In this document: one piece after another, positions 49,979 through 63,168 of the stretch
How positions within the stretch are numbered: position 1 is the stretch's first letter
Layout: each line of letters starts with the position of its first letter
NCBI GenBank assembly: GCA_015680685.1
Contig: MNCI01001817.1
Coordinates: forward strand, 780,828-844,827
DNA from: Gnetum montanum
Taxonomy: Eukaryota > Plantae > Gnetophyta
Reading direction: 5' to 3'
DNA: 64,000 nt
Position numbers and translations under genes: made by a program
The notes under the pieces: model-generated
Database searches by the model: none
Seen by the model: only the letters and a program-made list of their open reading frames with translations
Told to the model about the DNA's origin: nothing

Positions 49979-52900
49979 TATAACACCCTCCTTTCCATGC
50001 CTTAGGTTGGAGAGCATTACATTGGGTAAAACCCCTAAAAATCTAAGGATCATAACAAGATAGACGAATGAGCAAACTATGCAATGAAATGAAGAAAGAA
50101 ACCTAGCAAGAAGCCATGATCCCAAAGAGAAGAGAAGAGAAAACTAACAGAAGAAAAAAAAATACATGAATGTAAAATCATATAAATATAAAAGATGTTG
50201 AAAAAGAATAGAATAACATAAACTACAAAATTGAATCACATAATATGTATGAATGAAACAATGTCACAAGTCTAAACTATACATGATCCATAAATCCATA
50301 AACAAAAAAGAGAATTAAGGTCTAATACAATGCTAAAAATGCCAACATATAATATCCAAAGCTCTAAATTGAGACATAATATTATCAAGCTCGTATCATC
50401 ATAATAAATCCTCCAAGAGCTCCATCCCCTTCCCAAATCAATCAACCTGAAAATAAAATCAGCTATGAGTATAAAATTGAGTGGGAAACTGTGGAAAAGT
50501 CTCCAATTTTCAAATGAACAGGTCTCATGGAAATTAGAAGGAGCATGGCTAACCTGTAAAACATCAATTTATCATATAATGCTAAAACCAAGATTTCTCT
50601 ACTCCAACCATCACCACAAACAAGAAGGCTAGCATGCATTGTACTCAATGTCACATGTGTGTTATGTTGTCATGTGTACTTGCCAAAAGCGAAAACCAAC
50701 ATGTATCCAAACCAAATATCAAATTACTATGTACATGGATTTATTTTTAGTCTTAACTGGAACATGAAGCATTACCCAAGACATCACTTCTAATGTTCCC
50801 CAAACATCCCAATGCTAGAGGTGTTACCCAAGACATCACCTCTAACATCCTAGAGGCAAGGAACAATGAGCCATGATCATCTTCTCCTATAGGATGGGGC
50901 CTGTAGCAAGAGTTATAGTAGCACATTCTACAATGGGGATCAATCATCAAAACCATCCTCTAGGGAACCCATCTTCAATTGATCACACATACTTGGAGTT
51001 ATCTTCATTATCTAAATAACCAACAAACATACAACCATGGTAGGGGCCTGTAGCAAGAGTTGCACTAGTGCACTCTACAGTGGGGGTCAATCATCAAAAC
51101 TATTCTCCAGGGAACCCATCTTCAACCGATCACACAAAATCAGTATTATCCTCATTATCCAAATAACTGAAAAACATATAACCATGGCAACCAAAGTGAC
51201 GATGGAGGCAACAACCAAAACAAAGGAATCCATCTCATTAAAGAGATTCAACAACCTAAGGGATCCTCAAAAGAATACCAATCCAAAGCATAGCATAACA
51301 CCATCAAACCTAAACAAATCTCATGGAATTTCACTATCAAAAGAAGAATCAAAACCATCATCCAAAGAAATCTCACAAATCCTAAACAATAACCCAAGAT
51401 GCCAACTAATCCAAGCAAAGTTATCATTAAGCATAACTTCCAAACAAACTGATTAAGCCATAACAATGGAAAGACCCAAGTCACCAACAGCTAAAAATCA
51501 TATATGGATCAATACTCAAATGATTAAATAATCACTTTATCAAGAAGGATGAATCAAAACTCTATTAAATCCAAAACCAAGTCTAGAGTTGGATCATTGC
51601 CTAAATGTATAATAGTATATAAAATTATTATAACTCCACCATTCCTATAAATTTTATAATGATGCTATATCCCTAAGAAAATAAATATCTATACCTATTC
51701 TCTATTAAAAATTTAGGAAGGCATATATTAGAAATATATAGTTATAGAACCATCAATCTAGGCTTAGAGAATCAAGTTGAAATAAAAACGGAAAAGCTAG
51801 CTAACATAAAATAACTCATAACTTTGTGACTGGAAATTTTTTTTTTCAATGATTCTAAAACGGTTTGAAAAATAGAAGAGTAACCTGCCTACAGGTGAAT
51901 TTTCAAAGGATTATCTAGCTCATTCTAGGAGATATGGGATTTTAATTGTGCATAATCAAAAACAATGAAATTATGTATAATGTATAAAGAAAAACTAGTA
52001 CCTTCATCAAAACACAATGTTTTTAATTAATTCCAAATGGATTTGGAAGTTAACACATAAACAAACAAACATTCAGGTAAGATTTCAAAGTTTTATCCCT
52101 ATTCATAATCAAGATATAGCCTCATAAAACCACATCATAAAATTTCTTATGATTGTAGAGAGGTCTAAAAGAATGGCACATAACTCAAATTATACTATAC
52201 CTTTGTAAATGATTCTTCTTTTAAAATTGTATAACACTTCAAGAGGATTTCAAAAACCTATATCAAGAATCCAAACTCAAATGTATGTAAGAGATACAAA
52301 CATTTTTCTATGCGCTATCTATTCTGCTAATGAAAATCTCTAGAAACCCTAGCTTCATGAAGAGAAATCATACAAAAATAAAGAAGCAGCAAGTCAAGAA
52401 ATTCTATGGATCAACAAAACAATTGTATAAAGTTCATAAGAAAAATATTAAAATCTCTAGATCTACTTTGAAATTAATTTGTAAAACCCATCCCACAAAA
52501 TTATTGGTAAAATCCTCATAAAACTCGTGGCCAAAATCAGCAGAAACAACAATATAATTAATTAGAAATTATGCATACAAAATCCATCCAAATAGCATTC
52601 TACCCATTTAAAACAAAACCCATCAACCCACAAATAATATTAAAATCATACAATAAAAATAAACAAGACCTATCCCACAAATGTGCATAAAACTTGTAAC
52701 CTTAAATAGAGAAGAAGCCAAGATAACTCACATCTAAATTTAAATGATGAAAAAATGCAAAAGAGAACAGAAAAATGCAAAGATCCAAGCGATATGCACA
52801 ACTGATCTGCAATTTCACAGCACTTCCTAGCTCTAATCTCACAACACCTCTCCCCATATCATCAAAGTATGTAAAAGAATTGAACCATGGACGTTTTAAT

Positions 52901-53541
52901 GGAGATTAACCAGAAAACCATGGAATGGAAGAAAACACCAATTACCCAAACTTCCACAAAGCCACATGAAAACTACCAAAAATATTTTCCATTTTAAATT
53001 TAACTTCCTCTCCTACTCACATAACTCTGTCACATATCATAACCATTAAAAGAGAAAAATACCATAAAAATCTATAATGCTAAAAATATAATTTAAAACT
53101 TCGTAACATTAATAAGTATGATAAGTCTATATATATAGCACATATGTCAACATATAAGAGCCATCCACCACACATCCTCTAATTCCTACCATGCATTTTA
53201 GAATATATTAATAATAATAATTGAACAAACCACCAATCACTAGCTAGGCCATGCTCCCAACCAAAATTCATGAGATCCTATCACACTCAACAATAGGATT
53301 AGTGCACAACTACTAGATGGTAATAAAAGAAAATATATGTATAATTAAATATTAAGAATTGCATAACATTAACCAAGAATCCAAAAAATCCAAAGCTCAT
53401 CATTAACATCATCATCATATTATATAAAATATACCAAACCAACCAAACATATAAACATACAAGTGCAAGCATACCAATCTCCGTAAAAAAAAAAAAAAAA
53501 ATCATACGTACCAAGGATGTCCAAAAATACAAGTTGTTACA
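49979..53541 (-). repeat. Tekay 5' LTR (~3.56 kb) with internal ~145-bp tandem repeat (~50896-51185)
   Basis: Bounded by the PBS and by ...TTGTTACA at 53541. Confidence 0.75.
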
Positions 53542-53561
53542 TTTCTATACTACAGAATCAC

Positions 53562-56525
53562 TGTAACGATCCTTCTTGAGATTTTATCTTAAAGTTTATA
53601 GCAATGTGTATAAGTCTACTTTGTTACAATGATGTGTATATATAATGTTGATTTATAGAACTATCTAAATTTTATAACTATGATAGATTTAGAGTGTTGT
53701 TAATGTACTTGGATTGATAATTGGTTAAATGACTAGTTATTCTTCCTTGTGATTGATCCAAGTTGTGCTAATGTATGTTGTATGTATTACTAGACACAAA
53801 GTACTAAGTACATACCACTTATTGATTTAGCATATATTAATGAAATAAACAAAATGAATGCTAAGTAGAAATGAAGTTGAAATGTTGTATTATTTATGAG
53901 GTTGTTACTATGCTTTTATTCTTCATATGTTACATGACCTAAGTGCCTTGAAATGATTTCTTAAACTAATTATAATGTTTCTAGGTGAACTATCTATCTA
54001 TCTATCTATATATCAATGTGGGCTTCTCATGTACTTGTTTTGATGTGTATTCATATAAGTTTTAGGGATCTTATCTCTAAGGGCTAATATGTAAATTCTA
54101 ATTATTCAGTAATCAAATTTGGTAAGAAAGAAGAAACAAAGATTTCTTTATGTTATGCTTCAAGAGTTGAAAGAGGTATGTTTTACTTAGTATGAATGGT
54201 TATTTTAAATATACATGCACATGCACATGTTGAGAAACTTGACTAATGAATCAAGTGGAAAGAACCTAATCTATGAATCAAGAATATTATGTATATCATA
54301 GTTGTATTATTTTAAATAATGAACATGTGGAGTATTCTAGTTAACAGAATGTGAATACCCCATCTATGGCTATAGAAAGGTCATGTGATGACCTTCCAAA
54401 GCATCGTAAGAAAATGCAATAATAAAATATGAACATAAAATGAAATCTCTTACATTGCTGATAACCTGAAAGAGAAGGTGTTTCACTTGATTTTATATCC
54501 TAGAATTGCACTTTTCCATGTTTCCATTTTTTGCACCTTATGACTTAATTTCTAAGAGAAATGTTGCTAAAAATGAAGCACAACTACATATTTATTGTTG
54601 ATAAATTTAGAGGTGACATAGGTGGATATTCTATTTTTATATTTTATGTTTGTCAAGTTTTTGATATATGAGGTTAAGAAGAATTTAACCTAAGACTTAG
54701 CAAAACTAAAATGTCAAAATACTGAAAGTTGCGACTAAAGGAATTGAACCTATAACCTATTAAAATTATACTGCTATTAATTTTAAAGAGTGATCATGGA
54801 AAGAATTAAACTCATGACTAGGTGATGTAGAAAAAGGTTTTTATCTCTTTAAAATAAAGAGAAGCAAAATAGTTTTTAATAAAGAACCAATTACAAGAAA
54901 TAAATCATCATCTCTTGAATTCTACTAGCAATTATAAAGAGAGGAGAGAGGGAAGAGGAAAAGTCAAAAAAAAAAAGGAGAAAAAGGAAGATTGTGTGTG
55001 TGTGTGCGCGCATATTAAAGGAAAGAGAGCTCAATCACAAAGGAGGTGGCTAGAAATGAAAAGCAACACAGAGAGAATATGGCTAGAATAGAAAATGAAT
55101 AACAAAAAGAAGACTGTGATTAAAAGAGAAGATCAACAACAAAGAGAGATTGTGGCTGAAACAACAAATGAATAACAAGAAAAGAAGACTATTGCAACAA
55201 GGGAAGATTGTGGTTGTTATAGAAATCAACAAAGTAAAAGAAAACTTGAGTTGACTAGCAATCCAATATTAGAATTAACTATTCCTGGTAAGCAAGAAAT
55301 CTAAGTAAAATGGTAAGATGAATCCTTCTCTTGATGGTGGACAACATTGGTTGATTATATCAATATCTGATCTCATCTCCTTTCTTTAGCTTGAATATCA
55401 TTTTCTGTTTGAATTGACTTTGACAAAATTTGTTGTTCAAATCTTGGATTGTTGAATCCTTAATTTTGTTGCTAGATCTCTCCACCCATCCTCTACAATC
55501 TCAGGTTTAAATGACTTAGATAAGAGCTATTTTTGTAACGATTCAAAAACACCCATAACAATTTGGGGCATTTATGGCATAGTGACTTACCAATAGGGGC
55601 CAATGATCCCTAATATAAGGATTGGCATCACTAGCAAAAAGTTTTCCCTAGGCCTATGTCTATTTTATGATTTTCTCAAATTTACAAAGTTGTTGAATTC
55701 TTGGTTTTTGGTTCAAAAATTGGTTTGACGGTCCTCTTGAATGCTTAATTCTTGGATTTGAATTTTGATGCTTATTTGTGTACCTTCTCAAGTCTAATTT
55801 TGTTATCTTTCTAAGTCCAATGGAGTGTGGGAAATCTAGGATTTTACCTTATGGTTATTTAATGTTAGTGATATTAAATTATAGCTATTAAATGTAGGCG
55901 ATTTTTCTATTCTCTATTATGGTTAATTAGGAAACTTTATGATTTCATGTTAGAAAAGTTATTGAAATTATTTTTTATTGTGAGGGTTGCTAAAAGAATA
56001 TAAAATAGTTTTATTGTGCAATAAAATGGATTGGTATTATTGATTTACACATTTCTTGTGGCCAATTATTGGGTTGGACAAGCCGGTTGATGCAAAGCAT
56101 TTGATATATTATTATGGTTAGAGAAAAATCAAAATCTAATTGGCATATAAAGAGAAAATCAGACTTGTAAATTGTATCAAAGGAATCTTGCATAGATTTT
56201 TGTTGTCACTTTGGTTTTCATGATTGTCCTTTTTTTATTAGTAATTGCTAAACCAAAATCTGATTATGCTTATAGTTTGTTGATTAACACTAGATGTAGT
56301 GTTTTTTATTCTTTTGTTAAGAGTTTTGATAATTTGATGTGAAAACTAATGTTTCATGAGATTCTTGTGCTTATTGTCCACCTATCTATGTGAACAAGTT
56401 TATTAATGGGCATGATCTAGTTTTTGATTTTTCTTGCTTGATAAACCCTACATATTGTATCATTTTCAGCCAACTTATTAGTAGCTTTGAGTGTTAACTT
56501 TTGCTTCCTACGAATGGATGTTACA
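53562..56525. mobile_element. Solo LTR (~2.96 kb) with perfect TSD ATCAC
   Basis: TGTAAC...GTTACA termini; ATCAC at 53557-53561 and 56526-56530. Confidence 0.88.
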
Positions 56526-59184
56526 ATCACAAATTATGGTCAAGGAGCATTAGTATTTCTTCTAAGTTTTGTTCAAACATCATGTGGTTGTCCATTAGGA
56601 AATTAGAATTCATTTACTTCTTATCATAAGCAAAATTCAAAGCAACAAAGCTAGTATTGTATGTTCTTTGATTTAATAATAGCTAGAATATATGGGATAG
56701 TATATATAATGAATATTCAAATAAGCTATGAAATTTAACATTATTCATTATGGTTTGTTACTTAAGCTAGATGTAGTTGTTTTTAATTGTTTTGTTAAGA
56801 GTTTCGATAATTTGATTTTTAAACTATTGATTTGTAAAATTCTTGTGCTTGTTGTCTAGCTATCTATGTGAACAAGTACAATCTAATTTTTGATTTTTTT
56901 TTCCTTGCTTGCTAAACCCTAAATATTGCATTATTGGCAATGATATTGTAAATAAATGTAAAGATTGTTATATTATTTTGTATTTCAATTTCGAGTTTTC
57001 CAAGTACATGAATAATGTTTTCCTTGAGTTTGACTTATGACAAATTGCATTTTGGCTATGCATAATTTAAAACTACCAAGTAAAGTGATGAATTAATTAG
57101 CTTCTTGCTAAACTAGATAGTTGCAAATATGGTTTTAAGTTTTAGATATTTTTGCTTATTAGGGACTTCAAATGTTAACTCTTGCTACCTACCAATGGGT
57201 GTTACACCTCCAATCGCTTCGCTCCACTCACTCTAGTGGTTGCTCTTCTACTTGCTCCTCCTATCATTCATCCAATCACTCCATGAAATGTTCTTTGATG
57301 GATCCATATATATAGTAACTTTGTGCATAAAAATTTTTTTGAGGTATTATCAAATTATACTTTTTTCAGGCAATCATAATGGTCCCTTGAATACAGCTAG
57401 CGTTGAATCTATTCAGGTAAAAAGACAAGTTTGAAGTCTAAAAGAACCCAGAAAATTAAAATTTCCACAAATCCCATCATAATCCATGAAACATGTTTCT
57501 TCACTTTGCCATTTGAAATCTGTTTTGAATCTAGAATCCATGGTTGAAATAACTAGTTCAATCTAACGGATCCCAACATTCGAATGTTTCCTGTCACTCG
57601 TGTTTGAATCACCCACCTTAACCAAGCACCACTTGGGTTACATTACACTTCACGTAAATCAATAAGATAATAGAAAATTTAAGAAGCATTAATGTTTAAA
57701 CCGTAACACAAATATGTGTCAATACTATTAGAAATAACAGGTTAATTCTGCATCATACAAAAGCTAAAGCTACAAGAGATAAAACCTAACCATGATGACA
57801 ACAGGAATCTACTATTCATTGACACCACTAATGGTTCAGAATCGACACCTAGAATCACACTTACCAATGTAATTTCGTTTTTATGAAAGACTCTTGACTT
57901 CAATCAAACAAGTCCCAGGCTTAATTTCAATGAGTTATAGTTAAATAACGAGAAATAGTGTAAAAGGAAACGGCCTGAAATTCAAATTTTTATGATACAT
58001 ATCCAAGTTTTTCTGATATCCACATGATCGTAAGTATTTATTTCAGTTTCATCTTTAAATGTCATTATGATGTTCTAGCCCTCTCCCAGTTATTTGCAGA
58101 ACATACAATCATATGTGTTACAGAAAAGATGCGAGAACAATACACCATCCATTTTGACTATAAAAATCTATCTCAACCCCCCAAAAAAGGACGGGAAAAT
58201 CAAAAATTATTCTTCGTGGTACATTAATTACAAGTTGAAATGAAAAGAGTAGCTGACAAGGCATCTCCTGTACCCAAAAAAATAAAAATAAAAATAAACA
58301 AATCAATTTACAGGACTTATATGTACTTGATACTCTATAGAGCTTTAAACATGATAACGCTGTATAGAGCTTGCAATTTTCAGTAAAAGTTTACGTGCAT
58401 AAAATTTTTCTTATCTTGCCTGGATCTCTGCTATTTCAACAGACTCGGATATCAAACAAGCTTTATCTGAAGGTAGGAATTCAAAAGCATCTATCAGCTT
58501 GATGCATTTCAAATTCCATTTCATCATCAAATAGTTGAGCAAATGATGGCCACTGGATCACAAAGATAAAATTAAACTTCTAAATAAGAAGCCTGGATCA
58601 GCATAGGTGAAACAAAACATTCCAAACACTTAATCTAGGACATAAAATAAAACGTTTTATGTTGGAGTGCAATAACGTATACTGGATCCTGCCAAATTTT
58701 TATTGATATTCTAAAATCTATAACTATTCAATAATGTTTTTATATGATGCATTTAATCAACACAAAGAAGCATACCAGCTTCTGCAAAGAGTTTTTAATG
58801 TAACTCTTAAGTCTTGGCAAAGAGAGCAGAATGTTTTTAAAAAATTCTTTTTTTCTTTTTTTCTTTTTTTCTTTTTAAGAAAAGTTCGGGTCATTATATT
58901 AACAGCAAAAAGGTTACAACTTGAGATATACATCAAGCCCCAATGGGGCAGAAAATGGCGTTAGGAAAAACCCACAACAGCCAAAACGAAAGGGAGGTAA
59001 ACCCCATCAAAAGCAGGGGGATCAGGTGCCCCCCCCCCTCCCAAACCCCCTGACACCTGCCAAAAAAACTTGGACTGTCAGGTCAAAAAAACAGTTTCAA
59101 GCATCAATCAGGCAACCAACCCCCACCCGCACAAAAGTAAACCTTACAGCAATGAGACAAGAAGCCAAAGCACACAACCACAAC

Positions 59185-60814
59185 CTATAAATGAACAAGG
59201 AGGCATGTGCAAGCACAGAAAGCCCTCTCCCGAGAGTGGACAACATCGAGAACCACACGGTGTCTCTTCGAGTCCACGAAAGCTGCTGCCTCCTAAAAAT
59301 TTTTGAAGGCCTCCTCCTTCCTTGCATATTCCTCTACATTGCCCTCCCCATCCAAGTGCAACTCTTGGCCCCTGTGCCAAATACGTCTTCGTACCATGTA
59401 CCACAATTTGTTCCACCCAATGTCCATAATGACATACAAGCATCTACCTTGTTGCAACCATGACCTAGCACTCTACTCATGGGCATGGTTCAATTGTTGT
59501 TGTATCTAGGCAACCTCCTCTTCCTCCCACACCTTATGTTCCTACTCCTCGTACTCCCTCAATTCTTGGAGCCTCGCTTCTTCTTGGAGCTATGCCCTCA
59601 AGCTTTCCCGTAGCTTCACCTCCAGAGCCTCCTTAGCCGTAGCCTCAACCAGGCGCCGCTGTCGTCGCTCCTCCCTAGCCATTTCAATGTGTCGGTGTTA
59701 TGTCTCCTCCAACTACTGTTGGAAATCCTCCTAGCACGCTGTCCATTTGGCTTCCCATAAAGCCCTCTCCTCCTCCCGTGCCAAGTTCACCACCTCCTCG
59801 ATGGCCTTGACCAGCATTGCATCCATTTGAGGAGACCTCAAGGCCTCGGCAACCCCCAATCCCTCTTGCACCAACCAACTCCCAACATAGTCCCCCTTCC
59901 CCTTCCCCCCTTCTCAACCCCTATGGGAGAGAAGCATGCACCTTCTGTGAAGAAATCTAGCAGCTCAGCTCACCTTGCTCATCTGACAACTCCAAACTAG
60001 CCTCTAAACCAACATCAACCCCCTCCAAGTCGCCAATCAAATCAACCACCACCGGTGGTGCACATCTTGAGTGTTGGCTCCCATAAACAACCTGCACAGG
60101 CATACCTATAGGCAAAGGAGCCCTCATTTGCAATGCCATCCAAAGCACCAAAATCAACCCCGAATGTCGCCCCTCACGCTAGCACCACAACGTATCCAAG
60201 AAGAAACATGGCAAATTGACGATGCATCCTTGCTGCATGCAACGCATGAAGGTGAAATGCAAACCCTGAAGCTTTGAAACGTTGCTTGACTAGATGGAAA
60301 ACCACTCAACTAATTTTGCCTCATCTTGCCAAAGCTCAAAGTGCACCAATTTAAGAACCTGGCCACTCCCTATCTTGGGAACCAACCCCAAAAAGAACAC
60401 CTTTGCATCTTGCAGACCATGTCCCTTGGAAGGGATGACTTCACCCCCCACCAGAACCCCCCGCAACTCAGCAATTGACTACTCCACGAGGGTAATCTAA
60501 ACCCCCCCTTGAACAAAGTAATGTCCCCCACCAAATTCATGAAAAAAGTCTCATCAACCAAATCTGGCTCCCCCCCTAGAGCAAGGAGAGATGGTCTAAC
60601 CACCCAACCCTAGTCACCATACCCCAAAGCACTGAGTTGGCCCAGTACCCATCACAAGGTGGCTCAAAGGTTGAGGTCACCCCCATGGCAACTTGCACCT
60701 CTTTCCACAATCAAATTCCTTCAACTGCAATCTAAGTCAACAACGGTAATGGCTTCACTTGAAAGATGCGATGGTTCCTAAAGGGTCCACAAAATCAACC
60801 GAGGAGGAGGCCAT
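59185..60814 (-). pseudogene. Extra LINE-borne frame (~540 codons): transposon-protein-like domain + E/R/Q coiled coil + small alpha/beta domain
   Basis: Starts MASSS at 60814. Long frames broken mainly by C>T-type stops and a few frameshifts: ...ITLVE*SIAELRGVLVGGE...VNLPCFFLDTL...HSGLILVLW...; ...EEVVNLAREEERALWEAK...; ...WYMVRRRIW...EEYARKEEAFKNF*EAAAFV. Confidence 0.6.
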
Positions 60815-63168
60815 CGAAGCAGCATACCTAGCCATTACAAACAAAACCAATGTCACTAATAAGGCCCTCCCAGCTCAAGTAAGAAATTGGCATGTCCAAT
60901 GATCAACCCGTTTCTATAGCCGTTGTAACAGGCTAGACCAAGCCTACCGCCAATGCCAATCATACATCAAAAGACCAAGGTAAGAATCCTCATTAGATCC
61001 AGGCAATACTCCCAACTATTGCATAATCAACCCCTCAACCCTAGCCTCAGTATTCAGCAAATGAACAACATACTTGCCTATGTTTATTTCCAAACCAATC
61101 TCCTCAACCATGTGCTACAATGCTCTATTGATTGCCATTGCCTAGGAGACCACCACCCTAGAAAACAAGATGTTGTCATCCGTATAATGTTCAACCAAGC
61201 ACCTGACTCCGGCAATGTCCAACCCTCTCACCCCCTCCAATTCACAGTATGCCTACATAGTGTCCATAACCAAGATAAAAAGGTAAGGCGATAGTAGATC
61301 CCCTTATCTTAACCCCTGACCAGGGGAGGAAAACCCCCACAGCTTCCCTTCCAAGTCCAAGGAGAATGCCCTTGATGATTGAATATGAATACACAAATTA
61401 ACAAAGTTCAGGTGAAAGCCTTTTCTTAACATGATCTCCCTCAATGACTCCCAAGAGACAGTGTCATAAGCTTTGGAAATGTCTAATTTAAAGCACATAC
61501 CAGGATACTTTGTAACCCTTAGAGAATGTATAACCTCCTACACAAACAAAATTTGATCTTGGATGTACCATCCCTTGATAAAACCAACTTGGTGTGGCCC
61601 CACCAGACATGGCATAAGAGGCCCCAATTGGGCCACCAGCATCTTTGTGAAAAGATGGAGAAGAGTGTTGCAAACCCCAATAGGATGAAATTGTGATGGA
61701 TCTGTGCGGTTGGTAGACTTCCGAATAAGCACAATGTAAAAACAATTGATTTCCTTGCATATTTGCTGCCACCTCAACATTACATTGAAGGTGTCCAAGA
61801 TATTCACCCCCAGAATGTTAATGAAAGCCTTGAAAATTTCCACTAGCCAGCCATCAAGCCCTAATGCTCTACCTAGCTTCATAGATCCAAGAGCCTCTTC
61901 CAATTCCATTATGAAGAAAGGCGCTAATAGGCGGCGGTTGTCTTCCTTAGTTAGGAAAGGATCAATTGAAATTGAAAGAGGACTCACCTGCTTTCTTCTC
62001 CAAATGCGAGGCCAGAAATCTAGCAATATTTGAGCAATCCATTGACACCCATTCACCTCCTACCCCTAAAGGGTTAGGCTGTGAATCTTCTTGGACAGAT
62101 TTGCTAAGTTGGTAGTAGCAAAGAAAAAACATGTATTCTGATCCCCTTCTCTCAACCAACGCGCCCTACCTTGCTGCTTCCAATAGGCCTCTTCCTCCAT
62201 ATCCAAGGCATGAAGCTTAGCCAAAACCTCACACTTGGCCTAGCCCAAATCCTTACTCAATTCCTAGTTTGCTTGTATCTCCAAAAGTCGGTGAAGCAAC
62301 CTCCCTCTAGTGGACCTAAAAGAATATTTATCCTCCGCATGTAGGATCCTCAAGGCTCTCTTGAGTTGACTCAACCCCCGCTTGAGAAATCTTAGGGTTC
62401 CACTTTCTGCAAATAAGAACCCTAAATGCCCTCAACCAACAGACACAACAAAGGCTTATTGAGCCAATAAGGTTCAAAATAGAAAGGAGCAACCCTCCCC
62501 TAAGCCACCTCCCCCACATAGCATAGGATCGAACAATGGTTTGACACCATACAATCCTGCCATTTCACCACCACTCCTTGGGTCATGAGGACATGGGAAC
62601 TAACCTAGACCCAATCAATCCTAGTCATAATCCGCTCACTCCCCTTCCGCATGTTACTCCATGTGTATTCTACTAAGCTCCATGTTAACTAGATCATGTG
62701 TGGCCAAAAACTGCAAAAAATTCTAAGCTCTTGGAGAGTCCTGTGGCCCTACCCTGCATCAGACTTCTTGCACCTATACAGCCATTGATTGAAATCCCTC
62801 ACAATAATCCACTGCAGCTGATCCCGAACCAGGGAAGCAATCTTGTGTAACTCCTACAACCGCTCTTCCCAATGTTGAGCTTTGTAGAAATTCATTAGGC
62901 AGATTCCAGTGTTCGTGAGAATCATAATGCTCCACATGGAGCTCTTAGCAACTTCAAAAGTCCAACGTGAAAGAGATGCCAAACCCCCTACTCTCCCTCA
63001 ACAGGCAATAACTTGAGCTTGCCATCTAAGCCAATGACCCTCCTACTGCTAGAGTTTGGTCTCCTACAAATAGACAACATCACATTTCTCCCTACGCACC
63101 ATCTCTCTTAGGGTATTTTGTTTGTAGGAGGTACCCTGTCCCTTGCAGTTCCATGAGAGGATCCTCAT
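60815..63168 (-). pseudogene. LINE ORF2 (APE endonuclease + RT), ending shortly after the RT thumb
   Basis: MRILSWNCKG; RALGLDG; FHPIGVCNTL; FKLDISKAYDTVSW; GLR*GDLLSPYLF; YTDD; YLGV; W...LT*AGRALL. Confidence 0.88.

Larger units (their letters stand above)
46210..53541 (-). mobile_element. Tekay/Del chromovirus, 3'-truncated, gag largely deleted, RT duplicated
   Basis: 5' LTR 53541-49979 (TGTAAC..., decayed ...GGGTGTTATA). tRNA-Met PBS remnant 49964-49975 (+ strand GCTCTAATGCCA). PR ~49500-49750, RT (PFGLTNA, FIDDILVY), RH, INT (WKWEVIRMNFIIGLP). Confidence 0.85.
44427..57206. mobile_element. Outer solo LTR (pieces 44427-~46200, ~53542-53561, 56531-57206) interrupted by a Tekay element and a same-family solo LTR
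   Basis: TGTAAG... start and ...GTGTTACA end. Flanks CCTTT / CCTCC look like a decayed TSD. Pieces align with 53562-56525. Confidence 0.6.

Noticed and set aside
51037-51487. 139-aa and 79-aa ORFs in the Tekay LTR
   Set aside because: Compositionally biased LTR repeat sequence with no domain motifs.
57859-57930. GTAAGT donor on the minus strand as a host exon
   Set aside because: All three frames upstream contain stops within a short distance, and there is no convincing acceptor.
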